From Candidatus Omnitrophota bacterium (lineage in GTDB: Bacteria; Omnitrophota; Gorgyraeia; Tantalellales; Tantalellaceae), in the NCBI GenBank assembly GCA_015231405.1, contig JADGBR010000005.1:40034-104033 (forward strand): DNA of 64,000 nucleotides, given 5' to 3'. Of this stretch, positions 26,089-35,584 are shown piece by piece. The position numbers and the translations under genes were made by a program. Numbering within the stretch: position 1 is the first letter of the stretch; every line of letters starts with the position of its first letter. The notes below the pieces were generated by a model. That model was not told the origin of the DNA, ran no database searches, and saw only the letters and a program-made list of their open reading frames with translations.

Positions 26089-26162
26089 GTCATCCCCGCG
26101 AAGGCGGGGATCACATGAAAATAATATTGTTTTTGTTTGATTCCCGCTTCCGCGGGAATGAC
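26089..26162. repeat. REP doublet with dRS3-like arms
   Basis: gtcatccccgcgaaggcggggatc (26089-26112) ... gattcccgcttccgcgggaatgac (26139-26162); the right arm fits ATTCCC-N8-GGGAAT. Confidence 0.85.
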
Positions 26163-26169
26163 TAACCAT

Positions 26170-27006
26170 TTACCTCGGCAAATATTTATCGTATATCTTC
26201 TCAACAAGCTCCGCATTCAACCTATGCCCGGACTTACACGCCGTCACGGCACCCTTGATCGGAATACCCAGAATATACAGATCCCCGACAAGGTCAAGTA
26301 TCTTGTGGCGCAGGGGCTCATTGGGGAACCTGAGGGTGTTCCCGACCGGCCCGTCATCCCCCATGACCAGGGTGTTCCCTAGATCCGCGCCCTTTCCGTA
26401 TCCGGCCGCGAGAAGCGCTTCCGCCTCACGTTTAAGGCAAAAAGTCCTGGCAGGGGCTATCTCTTTCTCGAAATTATCTCCGGTGAGATCTATTCCGAAA
26501 GTTTCTTTCCCGATGGAAGCGACGGGATAATCGATGGTGTATGACACCGAAAATCTGTCCGAAGGGCTTATCATGACGTAAGAATCGTCATTTCCAACCC
26601 GCACCGTTCCCGTGACCCGAAGAATGTTCTTCGTTTTTTCCTGATCGACCGGTCCGGCTTCTTTTACCGCTTTCAGGAACCCAAGAGCCGACCCGTCAAG
26701 CCCGGGTAGTTCAGGACCTCCGACTTCAACTATAACATTGTCCACTGATAAGGCCCATAACGCGGCCATAAAATGCTCGATAGTGTCTATCGCCCCTTCT
26801 CCTATCCCCACGGTCGTTCTCCTGGCGCCGGAAGAACCCGCAAGAACTTCCCCGAGCTTGAAGGATATCGGCTGGCTGAGATCCACGCGTCTGAACACTA
26901 TGCCCGTACCGGGGGGCGCTGGTTTCAAGGTCATCGAAACAAGCGCCCCCGTCTGTAAGGCTACACCCGTGATCTCAACGGATCGGGATATAGTTCTCTC
27001 GTCCAC
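26170..27006 (-). CDS. lpxC: UDP-3-O-acyl-GlcNAc deacetylase LpxC
   Basis: TIEHFMAAL, ELPGLDGSA, IAPARTF, RHKILDLVGDL, SGH. Confidence 0.95.
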   Translation of the reverse strand: MDERTISRSVEITGVALQTGALVSMTLKPAPPGTGIVFRRVDLSQPISFKLGEVLAGSSGARRTTVGIGEGAIDTIEHFMAALWALSVDNVIVEVGGPELPGLDGSALGFLKAVKEAGPVDQEKTKNILRVTGTVRVGNDDSYVMISPSDRFSVSYTIDYPVASIGKETFGIDLTGDNFEKEIAPARTFCLKREAEALLAAGYGKGADLGNTLVMGDDGPVGNTLRFPNEPLRHKILDLVGDLYILGIPIKGAVTACKSGHRLNAELVEKIYDKYLPR

Positions 27007-27560
27007 TATTGTTTGGGCTTAGCCGGTTCCTCGGCGGGTTTTGGTATGACCGCTCCGGGCTTGTTCAGCTCCACGAGGACCTTTTCCGTGAGGTCGTACT
27101 CTTCTTTCGCGAACATTATGTTCCTGGAATCAAGGATATAATCGTATCCCTCGGTCTTGCCAATATTGATGACAACCGCCTGGATGTCTTCAATAACTTC
27201 CTTGAACATATCGTTCTTCTTGGTAAGGAGCTCTTCCCTTGTCTTCTTGTCGAATTCGTTAAGCTCCGTTATCTTCGCGTCAAGTTCCTGCTGTTTAGCG
27301 GCCCTTGCCTGCTCGTTAAGGAGCTCGGCCTCATCCCTCAGCTTCCTGATAGCCGTCACCAGGTTACCCCTCTCATCGCTGCGGGTATTAGTCACCGCGT
27401 TAAGATCCTTGTCGTATGACTTGCTTTTCTCATATTCATAAAAAGCCCTACGGAGATCCACATACCCCAATTTCGCCTCAGCCGCAAAAGCGGGAACATT
27501 GGAACAAACCACAGCTATAACGGCAAACACACCACCCAAAACCCAAAATTTCCTACCCAT
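27006..27560 (-). CDS. skp: OmpH/Skp periplasmic chaperone
   Basis: Signal peptide, KLGYVDL, coiled coil, GYDYILD..YDLT; directly after bamA. Confidence 0.9.
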   Translation of the reverse strand: MGRKFWVLGGVFAVIAVVCSNVPAFAAEAKLGYVDLRRAFYEYEKSKSYDKDLNAVTNTRSDERGNLVTAIRKLRDEAELLNEQARAAKQQELDAKITELNEFDKKTREELLTKKNDMFKEVIEDIQAVVINIGKTEGYDYILDSRNIMFAKEEYDLTEKVLVELNKPGAVIPKPAEEPAKPKQ

Positions 27561-27586
27561 ATCTCTCTCCTCCCTTTTTTCTTTTG

Positions 27587-27644
27587 TTTTTAATTTTACC
27601 GTGTTTCACCTCTATTCCACGTCATGACACGGTAAAATTAAAAA
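27587..27644. other. Perfect 18-bp inverted repeat (22-nt loop) overlapping the bamA stop codon
   Basis: tttttaattttaccgtgt (27587-27604) / acacggtaaaattaaaaa (27627-27644). Confidence 0.7.
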
Positions 27645-29965
27645 CCGTGGCTCATGCTGAAATAGAACTGCCCGGACTTCTTGTCCTGATAATTTTTGCT
27701 GAGCGGATATCCCCAATCCACCTTGATCGGCCCGATAGGGGTCTTGACCCGGACGCCCACACCGGCCCCGTGTTTCAGATCCTCTTCCTCCCTGAAAGGG
27801 CTCCCGATCATGTCATCGCCCAGCGACCATACGTTACCTACGTCATAGAACGTGGCTGCCTTGATGATGTTCTTATACACGGGCACCGTTACCTCTGCCG
27901 TCCCAAGCGTCAGGGCCTCGCCGCCTATAGCTTCATTCGAGGCTGAATCACGAGGACCTACCGCCCTTTCCTCATACCCTCTTATTGTCTCCGCGCCTCC
28001 GGCGAAAAACCTGTCGAATATCGGCACATAATCGCTGTCTCCGTAAGGGTTGACGAGCCCGCCGGCTCCCTTTAGCTCAAGCACCGCGAAATCGAAAAAT
28101 TCGTAAAAAATACTGGCATCGACCCGTTCCTTGAGGAAATCCTTGTCTCCGCCTATGAACCCGCCGGCGTTCTGCCCGGCGAGAGTCACAAGAACTCCCT
28201 CGGTAGGCGCGAACTTATTATCCCTCGTATCCAATGTAAGCTTACCGGTCACACGGCTGATAAGGTCCTCGCCGACCTCGCTCTTAAGCGCCGGCCCTGT
28301 CTCCTCAGGCATGTTCGATATCTTAACCTGTTCGAGGTTGTAAATGAGGCCCGCGTAAAGATACTCTGTGAGCTCCTTCCCCAGCCGAAGGCTTCCCCCG
28401 ATCCGCCTTTCATCGTAACCGTAACCTGACATACCTGACCTGTTGTGCTCTTCCCTGTAAAGATCGAAACCGAAAAGATAGGGATAATCGAATATCCACG
28501 GGTCGGTCCAGCTGAGCATGTAGTTGCTCATGGAACTTCCGATCTCTCCCCTTATCCTGAGGTCCTGCCCGCCGCCGGTGAAGGTCGGGAAACCGAGAAT
28601 GTCAAAATTCTTCTGCTCGATCTGGGCGAACCCTATGAAAGCGTCGACGGAAGAGTATCCGCCGCCGAAAGAGAACTCGCCGGTCTTGGTCTCCTTGACC
28701 GTAACGTTGAGGTCCTTGACCGAAGGATCATTGGTCGGGACCGGCTCGAGATACACATCCTCGAAATACCCCAGGTTGTATATCCTTTCCTTGCTCCTTC
28801 TCATCTTCTTTCCGTCATAAAGCTCCCCGGGAAAGAGCCTCACTTCCCTCCGGACCACCTTATCCCTGGTCTTGGTGTTGCCTATGACATTGACCTTTCC
28901 GACATAAACTTCGGCGTGGGAGTTCAGGGTATACGTCAGGGTCATGTCCCCTTTGTCCGGGTTGAATTTATGCCCAAGGTTGACCTCCGCGTTCATATAC
29001 CCCTTGTCGAAATAAAAGGTTTTTATCGCCTCAATGTCAGCTTTCATCATCTCATAGTCGAACGGGTCGCCCGGCTTCATTTTGATGCCTTTCCGGATAT
29101 CCTCCTCAGGGAACTTGAGATCCCCTCCGACAAGTATTTCCCCGACCTGGTATTGCTTCCCTTCGATCACGGTAAGAGTGATGTCCATTCCCTTGCCGTC
29201 GGCTATATAATCGATCTTGCTGTCGACTTTGACGTCCAGGAAGCCCTTGCTCCTGTAATAGGATTCAACCCTCGCCACGTCCGCGTAAAAAGCGTTCTCG
29301 TCGTACGCCCCCTTACGGATGAACCACCACGCCGTCTTGGTCGTCATCAGTTTCGAGAGCTCGCCCGACTTTACGCTCTTATTTCCCTCGAACTTGACGT
29401 GTTTAACCTTAAGGACCCCTCCTTCGTTGATAAGGAATACCAGCTTCGCGCTTTCCCCCTCATTAGACTGTTCCACCTTGTACTCGCATGTAGCCTTGTA
29501 ATAGCCCTCGCTGACGTAATAGGACTGTATCGCCGAAGTGTCCTGTGAGATCTGGTTGAGGTCAAGGAGATCCCCTTCTTTGATCGTTATCTTTTTCTTG
29601 AGCCGGTTCGCCTTGATCTTCGTATTGCCCCTGAACTCTATTTCCATTATGAGCGGTTTTTCCACCACCGTGAACACGACAATGACCCCGTCGGGGTGTT
29701 CCTCTATGTCGATGGTGACGTCGGCGAAAAAGCCAAGGCCGTAAAGCCTTTTCAGCTCTTTATTGAGCGCCGCCTCGTCATAGACGTCCCCCGCACTTAC
29801 TTTCAGCTTGTTCAGCACCGTATCCGTGCTTATGGAGGTATTACCCTTGACCTGGATATCCAGTATCCTCTTCCCTGCCGTCTGGGTGTAGGATGTCTCC
29901 GGGCCTATTGACGCGCAAAATACCACAACGACTATCGCGCTTACAATTCGTTTCATTTTCACCAT
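27638..29965 (-). CDS. bamA: Outer membrane protein assembly factor BamA
   Basis: Five POTRA-like repeats, GNTKTRDKVVRRE, IRGY, TPIGP, terminal Phe. Confidence 0.97.
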   Translation of the reverse strand: MVKMKRIVSAIVVVVFCASIGPETSYTQTAGKRILDIQVKGNTSISTDTVLNKLKVSAGDVYDEAALNKELKRLYGLGFFADVTIDIEEHPDGVIVVFTVVEKPLIMEIEFRGNTKIKANRLKKKITIKEGDLLDLNQISQDTSAIQSYYVSEGYYKATCEYKVEQSNEGESAKLVFLINEGGVLKVKHVKFEGNKSVKSGELSKLMTTKTAWWFIRKGAYDENAFYADVARVESYYRSKGFLDVKVDSKIDYIADGKGMDITLTVIEGKQYQVGEILVGGDLKFPEEDIRKGIKMKPGDPFDYEMMKADIEAIKTFYFDKGYMNAEVNLGHKFNPDKGDMTLTYTLNSHAEVYVGKVNVIGNTKTRDKVVRREVRLFPGELYDGKKMRRSKERIYNLGYFEDVYLEPVPTNDPSVKDLNVTVKETKTGEFSFGGGYSSVDAFIGFAQIEQKNFDILGFPTFTGGGQDLRIRGEIGSSMSNYMLSWTDPWIFDYPYLFGFDLYREEHNRSGMSGYGYDERRIGGSLRLGKELTEYLYAGLIYNLEQVKISNMPEETGPALKSEVGEDLISRVTGKLTLDTRDNKFAPTEGVLVTLAGQNAGGFIGGDKDFLKERVDASIFYEFFDFAVLELKGAGGLVNPYGDSDYVPIFDRFFAGGAETIRGYEERAVGPRDSASNEAIGGEALTLGTAEVTVPVYKNIIKAATFYDVGNVWSLGDDMIGSPFREEEDLKHGAGVGVRVKTPIGPIKVDWGYPLSKNYQDKKSGQFYFSMSHGF

Positions 29966-31320
29966 CAAAATCCTTCCTCCGTTTCTAACCTGGCCAGGTT
30001 AGTGAATTTCGTGAACTCCTTCAGGAATGCCAGCTTGACATCCCCTACCGGGCCGTTACGCTGCTTTGCCACCACCACTTCCGCCACCCCCGCGTTCTCA
30101 TCGGTCGGCGTGTAATATTCTTCCCTGAAGAGCAAAAGAACGACGTCCGCGTCCTGCTCTATGGCTCCGGACTCGCGAAGGTCAGACAGCCTGGGTTTAT
30201 GGTCCTCTCTGTTCTCCGCCGCGCGGGAGAGCTGGCTTATAGCGATTATCGGCACGTCCAGCTCGCGGGCCAGCGACTTAAGCGCCCAGGAGATTTCCGT
30301 GATCTCCTGCTGGCGGTTCTCTTTCCTGGAGGACGACCTCATGAGCTGCAGATAGTCGAGCACGATGAACTGTATGTCGTGCTGTGCCTTGAGCCTCCTG
30401 CATTTCGCCCTCATCTCGAGAACGGATAAAGCCGCGGTATCGTCGATAAGTATCGGCGCTTCCGAAAGCTTCTGGGCCGCGTCAACAAGCTTCGGCCAAT
30501 CACTCTGGGATAGGAAGCCCGTCCTCACCTTATGCGCGTTGACTTTAGCTATGGAGCAGAGCATCCTCTGCGCCAGCTGCTCCTTGGACATTTCAAGGCT
30601 GAATATCACGCATGGCGTCTTAGCCACGACACCAATGTATTCCACCATGGATGTCGCGAACGCGCTCTTGCCCATTGACGGCCGGCCGGCGACCACTATT
30701 AGATCCGACCTCTGAAAACCCGCGGTCATTATATCCAGATCGTGGAAGCCCGAAGCGACACCCGTCACGTTCTCTTTCTTCTGGTAAAGCTTATCTATCA
30801 TCGCGATAGACCCTTTGACGATATCCTTCATCTCCGAGATGGACCTGCCTGTCTTCTGGGCAGATGTGATCTCGAATATGAGTTTTTCGGAGCGGTCGAG
30901 AAGTTCGTCGATGCTTATCGAAGCGTCGTAACTTTCCGATATTATCTGAGTGGCAGTGCTTATGAGCGTCCTGAGAAGATATTTTTCCCTGACTATCTTG
31001 GCGTAATATTCTATGTTGGCGGAGGTCGGGATAGCGTTGGCCAGATCAGCCACGAACGATGCACCGCCGACCTCGTCGAGCATCTCCTGTTTTTTCAACT
31101 CCTCGACCATGGTCACGATATCTATACCGCGGTTCTGGTCGTAAAGCTTGACGATGACCTGGTATATCCTGCGGTTGTTCTCGGAGTAAAAGGATTCCTC
31201 GGTAAGTACCTCGATCGCCCTGGCGATGGCCTCCCGGTCCAGAAGCATCGAGCCCAGGACGGCCGTTTCGGCTTCAAGGCTCTGCGGAGGTATCTTATCA
31301 ATAGTTTTCTGGGTGACCAT
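29965..31320 (-). CDS. dnaB: Replicative DNA helicase DnaB
   Basis: PPQSLEAE, GRPSMGKS, SLEMS, DYLQLM, SQLSR, LRESGAIEQDAD, KQRNGP. Confidence 0.98.
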   Translation of the reverse strand: MVTQKTIDKIPPQSLEAETAVLGSMLLDREAIARAIEVLTEESFYSENNRRIYQVIVKLYDQNRGIDIVTMVEELKKQEMLDEVGGASFVADLANAIPTSANIEYYAKIVREKYLLRTLISTATQIISESYDASISIDELLDRSEKLIFEITSAQKTGRSISEMKDIVKGSIAMIDKLYQKKENVTGVASGFHDLDIMTAGFQRSDLIVVAGRPSMGKSAFATSMVEYIGVVAKTPCVIFSLEMSKEQLAQRMLCSIAKVNAHKVRTGFLSQSDWPKLVDAAQKLSEAPILIDDTAALSVLEMRAKCRRLKAQHDIQFIVLDYLQLMRSSSRKENRQQEITEISWALKSLARELDVPIIAISQLSRAAENREDHKPRLSDLRESGAIEQDADVVLLLFREEYYTPTDENAGVAEVVVAKQRNGPVGDVKLAFLKEFTKFTNLARLETEEGF

Positions 31321-31337
31321 ATTTATCGTTTAAAATA

Positions 31338-31457
31338 TAGAATCCAGAATCCAGAATTCAGAATCCAGAATTTAGAATTATCAACGAACATCTTCTGAAT
31401 ATTTTTTCCAGGCAACTAGTTCCAAACCCGATTTTCTGGATTCTGGATTCTGAATTC
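31338..31457. repeat. Inverted heptamer arrays (CAGAATY / TTCTGGA family)
   Basis: tagaatc cagaatc cagaatt cagaatc cagaatt tagaatt ... ttctgga ttctgga ttctgaa. Confidence 0.85.
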
Positions 31458-31468
31458 CTAAATCTCTA

Positions 31469-31912
31469 TTACTTCTTAATGACCCAGACCCTGATCTGTG
31501 TCTTTATCTCGGAATGCAGCTTGATCTCGACGTCGTAGACGCCAAGTGCCTTTATCGGCTCTCCAAGGATGACCTTGCGTTTATCTACTTTATGCCCCTC
31601 GGCAAGAAGCGATTCAACTATCATTTCGGAAGTTACTGAACCGTAAAGTTTATCCCCTTCCCCTGCCTCCATGGCAAGCGTCAGCGAAAGCCCTTGAAGC
31701 TTGGAAGAGAGCGCCTGGCTCTCTTCTTTTTCCTTTTTCACGGCAAGCTCGTGTTCCTTTATCTTTTTCTCGAGCAATTTCATCGCGGCAGGCGTAGCCT
31801 CGGCCGCCAACTTCTGAGGTAAAAGATAATTACGGGCGTATCCGTCCTTTACTTTAACTTTGGCCCCCATCACGCCCAGTTTTTCAACGTCTTGTAGAAG
31901 TATGACGTTCAC
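31469..31912 (-). CDS. rplI: 50S ribosomal protein L9
   Basis: VILLQDVEKLG..VKVKDGYARNYLLP, KLYGSVT. Confidence 0.97.
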   Translation of the reverse strand: MNVILLQDVEKLGVMGAKVKVKDGYARNYLLPQKLAAEATPAAMKLLEKKIKEHELAVKKEKEESQALSSKLQGLSLTLAMEAGEGDKLYGSVTSEMIVESLLAEGHKVDKRKVILGEPIKALGVYDVEIKLHSEIKTQIRVWVIKK

Positions 31913-32165
31913 GCTGCACTCCTTGTTTTAACTTCACATAAGGTAAAAGCGCCGATATACGCGCTCTTTTAATACGGTTCGCTACCATCCTCTGGTGTTT
32001 CTGACAATTGCCGGAAACCCGCGAGGGGACGATCTTTCCCCTGTCGGAGATATACCTGTCAAGAAAATCCACGTCCGTAAAGTCTACGCTCTCGATCTTG
32101 TCGTGGCAAAGCCTGCACGGCTTTTTCTTGAATATCCTCTTGGTCAGTAATTTCTTTTTTTTCAT
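31884..32165 (-). CDS. rpsR: 30S ribosomal protein S18
   Basis: CRLC, ISDRGKIVPSRVSGNCQKHQR, IKRAR..ALLPY. Confidence 0.96.
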   Translation of the reverse strand: MKKKKLLTKRIFKKKPCRLCHDKIESVDFTDVDFLDRYISDRGKIVPSRVSGNCQKHQRMVANRIKRARISALLPYVKLKQGVQRERHTSTRR

Positions 32166-32191
32166 ATTCGCCGCTCACTTTTTTCTTTAAG

Positions 32192-32650
32192 TTAAAATGG
32201 TATCTCCTCATCCCCGTTAGCCCCCGGACCTTTGTCAAAACCTCCGAACTCGGAATCCAGGTCTACAACATTATCCGCGGGGACATGTTTCGGACTTCCC
32301 TCGCGCGTATCCTTTTCTTTAGCGCCGATGAACTGAACGCTGTTAGCTATGACCTCGACGATCGAGTTCTTCTTCCCGTCCGGAGAGTCCCACGTCCTCG
32401 ATTGAAGCCTTCCCTCGACAAGCACCGCCCGGCCCTTCGCGAGGTATTCACCGCAAACTTCGGCCATTTTACCCCACACGACCACCCTTATGAAAGTCGC
32501 GTCCTCTTTCTTTTCTCCGGCTTTGTCTTTGTATACTCTGTTCACGGCTACAGTGAAATTCGCGACGGCCATACCGCTCGGGACATACCTTAACTCAGGG
32601 TCCCTGGTAAGGTTCCCCATAATAAAGACCTTGTTAAGACTGGCTGCCAT
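32192..32650 (-). CDS. ssb: Single-stranded DNA-binding protein
   Basis: LNKVFIMGNLTRDPELRY, VEGRLQSRTW, C-terminal EEIPF. Confidence 0.97.
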   Translation of the reverse strand: MAASLNKVFIMGNLTRDPELRYVPSGMAVANFTVAVNRVYKDKAGEKKEDATFIRVVVWGKMAEVCGEYLAKGRAVLVEGRLQSRTWDSPDGKKNSIVEVIANSVQFIGAKEKDTREGSPKHVPADNVVDLDSEFGGFDKGPGANGDEEIPF

Positions 32651-32664
32651 GTTAACTCCTCTAT

Positions 32665-32720
32665 TTAGCGGCTAGCGTTTAGTTACCACATCAACACTAA
32701 CCGCTGACCGCTATCAGCTA
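32665..32720. repeat. Short inverted heptamer array (TAGCGG / CCGCTR)
   Basis: ttagcgg ctagcgt ttagt ... actaa ccgctga ccgctat cagcta. Confidence 0.6.
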
Positions 32721-33008
32721 TTTCTCCAAGCTAATTATCGTCCGCATTATATTTGTATTGATGTTACAAAGGCGTGAAATTTTAGTAATAGCAGAAGGCA
32801 CCGCTTCGAAAGCAAGGTTGTAATAAATAGCTTCGTTCTTCTTTTGCACGGGATAAGTGAGCCTTCTTTTACCCAAAACCTTCTCGTCAATGACATTTCC
32901 GGCGTTTTCCATGACTATGGCCTTTATCCCGCCCGTTACTTCATTCACGACCGGCTCTTTATCCGGATCCAACATGAATAACCCAGTATATTTTCTGCTC
33001 TTTTCCAT
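32718..33008 (-). CDS. rpsF: 30S ribosomal protein S6
   Basis: GKRRLTYPVQK, IMR; first gene of rpsF-ssb-rpsR-rplI. Confidence 0.92.
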   Translation of the reverse strand: MEKSRKYTGLFMLDPDKEPVVNEVTGGIKAIVMENAGNVIDEKVLGKRRLTYPVQKKNEAIYYNLAFEAVPSAITKISRLCNINTNIMRTIISLEK

Positions 33009-33232
33009 TCAAACCGCCATTTCTTTAGTTATATTAGAAACCCCTCCACTCAAACAAACTATTTAAAACAATTACCCTTAGGCCTTAGAACATAGGACCC
33101 AGTAGAATACAATTCACCAACCGACATGCCTCCCGGGTCCTGAATTAAAATTCGGTATTTAAATTCCCGGCCACTTCCGCCGTTAAACACCGCATAAAGG
33201 TCTTTAAATAATAACACACCTCGTCCTATATA

Positions 33233-33790
33233 TCAACAATTATATTGCCTCATAGCCATCTCGGACCCTTTTTCGACCCAGAGATCAACACATCCTTCCG
33301 ACCTCTCGATAACTCCGGCCAAAACCCCCTTTTCCTGCCTCGAAAAGGGGGCTAGCACGTATGTGGCCTTATCCTCCGGAAGGGCTTCCTTTCCTACCCC
33401 GATCCTCAGCCTGGCAAAATCCACCCCAATATTCTCTATTAGGGATTTAAGACCGTTATGTCCCCCCGATGATCCGCCAGGTCTTATCCGCAATGAGCCC
33501 GTCATAAGATTGAAATCATCGCTTATAACCAACAACTCCTTGATGTCTATGCCCTTATCCTTAAGGAGAGCAAGGACCGCCATTCCTGAAAGGTTCATGT
33601 AGGTAAGCGGCTTAAAGAGCATTACCTCTTCGTCTTTAACCTTGCCGATACCATAGACACCATCATATGCCCTATGCCTTATCCTTATCCGATGCTTCCC
33701 GGCGAATGAGTCCAGGACCATGAATCCTATATTGTGCCTTGTATTCCTGTATTTGAACCCGGGATTGCCGAGACCTACTATGACTTTCAT
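33233..33790 (-). CDS. pth: Peptidyl-tRNA hydrolase
   Basis: VGLGNPG, TRHNIGF, KPLTYMNLSG, GGHNGL, RLRIGVG. Confidence 0.98.
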   Translation of the reverse strand: MKVIVGLGNPGFKYRNTRHNIGFMVLDSFAGKHRIRIRHRAYDGVYGIGKVKDEEVMLFKPLTYMNLSGMAVLALLKDKGIDIKELLVISDDFNLMTGSLRIRPGGSSGGHNGLKSLIENIGVDFARLRIGVGKEALPEDKATYVLAPFSRQEKGVLAGVIERSEGCVDLWVEKGSEMAMRQYNC

Positions 33791-33806
33791 ATTGAGACGA
33801 TCGTGA

Positions 33807-34508
33807 TTATTTCGCCTTTTCCTTCGGTTTTTCCGACTCCTCGCCCTCGCCCTCTTCGTCCTTCTTGCCCTTCTTTATCAATTCGGGTTCGGATTCAACC
33901 TCCGAGGCTAATCCTTCTTCGACAGGAGCGGCCTCTTCGGTATGCGGCGGGTTAATGCTCAAAAGAAGCTTTTCGGTATCCTCTTTAACGGTGACCCCGT
34001 TTATCGCCTTAAGGTCCTTCACATAAAGAGCGTCGTTGATATTGAGATTAGTGATATCGACGGTAAAGCTCTCCGGTTTATCCATGGCCATACACTCGAC
34101 CTCGATCTCCCACATGACAAGGTTGAGAACGCCTCCCGACGTAACGCCAGAAGCCGTACCTTTGATATGCACTGGAACCTTGATCCTTATGATCTCGGTC
34201 AGGGATATCTCGTGAAAATCCACGTGTATCACCTTGTCCTTAAGCGGGTCCGACTGGATCTCCTGGATGATGACCGTTTTCGGCTCAAGCTTTTTCGCGC
34301 CGTCCAGCATTTCAAGGGTCAATATCGAGTTCTCCCCCAACCCGGCCGAGAACGCGTGAAGGACTTCGGCCTCCTCCAGCGTGATCATGACGCCGTCCAC
34401 CCCGCCTTTGTATATCACGCCCGGGATCATTTTTTTCTTCCTGAGCTGTTTACAGGCTATGGTCCCCTTATCCTTCCTTAAATTCGCTTTCATTTTTATT
34501 TTTTCCAT
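33807..34508 (-). CDS. rplY: 50S ribosomal protein L25/Ctc
   Basis: IPGVIY, EIQSDPLK..HVDF, acidic tail; prs-rplY-pth order. Confidence 0.95.
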   Translation of the reverse strand: MEKIKMKANLRKDKGTIACKQLRKKKMIPGVIYKGGVDGVMITLEEAEVLHAFSAGLGENSILTLEMLDGAKKLEPKTVIIQEIQSDPLKDKVIHVDFHEISLTEIIRIKVPVHIKGTASGVTSGGVLNLVMWEIEVECMAMDKPESFTVDITNLNINDALYVKDLKAINGVTVKEDTEKLLLSINPPHTEEAAPVEEGLASEVESEPELIKKGKKDEEGEGEESEKPKEKAK

Positions 34509-34523
34509 TACCCTTCTCCTTTT

Positions 34524-35462
34524 TTATAGAGCGAACAGTTCGCTTATGGTCTCCTCGTTATGTATCCTTTTAATGGCCTCGCCGAGTATGTGCGCGACCG
34601 ACAGCTGTTTTATCCTCCTGATCCTTTTCTCCTGCCCGAGCGGAATAGTGTCCGTCACGACCACTTCCTTTATATCTGACTTCTCTATCCTCTCTATGGC
34701 CGGACCGCAAAGCACCGCGTGGGTCGCGGCGACATATATGTCCTTTACTCCGTTCTTCTTAAGCGCCGCTGCGGCCTCGACAAGGCTTCCCGCCGTGGCG
34801 ATAATATCGTCGACGATTATCACGTTCTTGCCTTTCACCTCGCCCATTATGTGCATGGCCTCCGCCTTCTCGTCGCTCACCCGCCTTTTATCGACGATAG
34901 CAAGACCGGAATTGAATCTCTTGGCGTATGCCCTGGCCATCTTGGTACCGCCGACATCGGGCGCTACAACGACCCAATCCTCGTCCACCTTGTCCTTGAA
35001 ATACTCTGAGAAAAGGCTTACGGCGAAAAGATGGTCGAACGGTATGTCGAAAAACCCCTGAACCTGCGCCGCGTGCAGATCGATCGTGAGTATCCTGTCG
35101 GCTCCTGCCCTCTCAAGGAGGTTAGCTACCAGCTTCGCCGTTATAGGGACCCTCGGTTTGTCTTTCCTGTCTTGCCTCGCGTAACCGAAATAAGGAAGGA
35201 CCGCCGTTATCCTTTTGGCCGAGGCCCTCATCGCTGCGTCCATTATAATGAGAAGCTCCATCAGGTTGTCGTTAGCCGGCACGCATGTGGGCTGCACCAC
35301 GAAAACGTCCTTGCCCCTTATGTTCTCGGTGATATGCACCTTGATCTCGCCGTCGGAGAACTTCCCGACCTCGCATTTCCCAAGCGGGATATTCAAACTG
35401 TCGCAAACTTTTCTCGCAAGGTCCGGGTTCGAGTTACCCGAAAAGATAGTCAAAGTGTTCAT
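34524..35462 (-). CDS. prs: Ribose-phosphate pyrophosphokinase
   Basis: FSDGEI, PYFGYARQDRK, DLHAAQVQGFF, PDVGG, VDDIIATAGS. Confidence 0.98.
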   Translation of the reverse strand: MNTLTIFSGNSNPDLARKVCDSLNIPLGKCEVGKFSDGEIKVHITENIRGKDVFVVQPTCVPANDNLMELLIIMDAAMRASAKRITAVLPYFGYARQDRKDKPRVPITAKLVANLLERAGADRILTIDLHAAQVQGFFDIPFDHLFAVSLFSEYFKDKVDEDWVVVAPDVGGTKMARAYAKRFNSGLAIVDKRRVSDEKAEAMHIMGEVKGKNVIIVDDIIATAGSLVEAAAALKKNGVKDIYVAATHAVLCGPAIERIEKSDIKEVVVTDTIPLGQEKRIRRIKQLSVAHILGEAIKRIHNEETISELFAL

Positions 35463-35493
35463 TCTTTTCTCCCCTTTATGTCGACTCTTTATT

Positions 35494-35580
35494 TGTTGCC
35501 CGTTGTCAGTTGCCCGTTGCCGGTTAATGTTGGTTCCCGTTCACTGCGAACAGGCAACAGGCAACCGACAACTGACAACA
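35494..35580. repeat. Inverted heptamer array (GTTGYC / GRCAAC family), second copy
   Basis: tgttgcc cgttgtc agttgcc cgttgcc ggtt ... aggcaac aggcaac cgacaac tgacaac. Confidence 0.85.
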
Positions 35581-35584
35581 AACT

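Noticed and set aside
25938-26216. 92-aa ORF with VIPAEAGI / VIPAFAGMT
   Set aside because: Spurious translation of the REP doublet, overlapping lpxC and fabZ
29965-31320. Intein in dnaB
   Set aside because: Normal length (451 aa) with contiguous motifs
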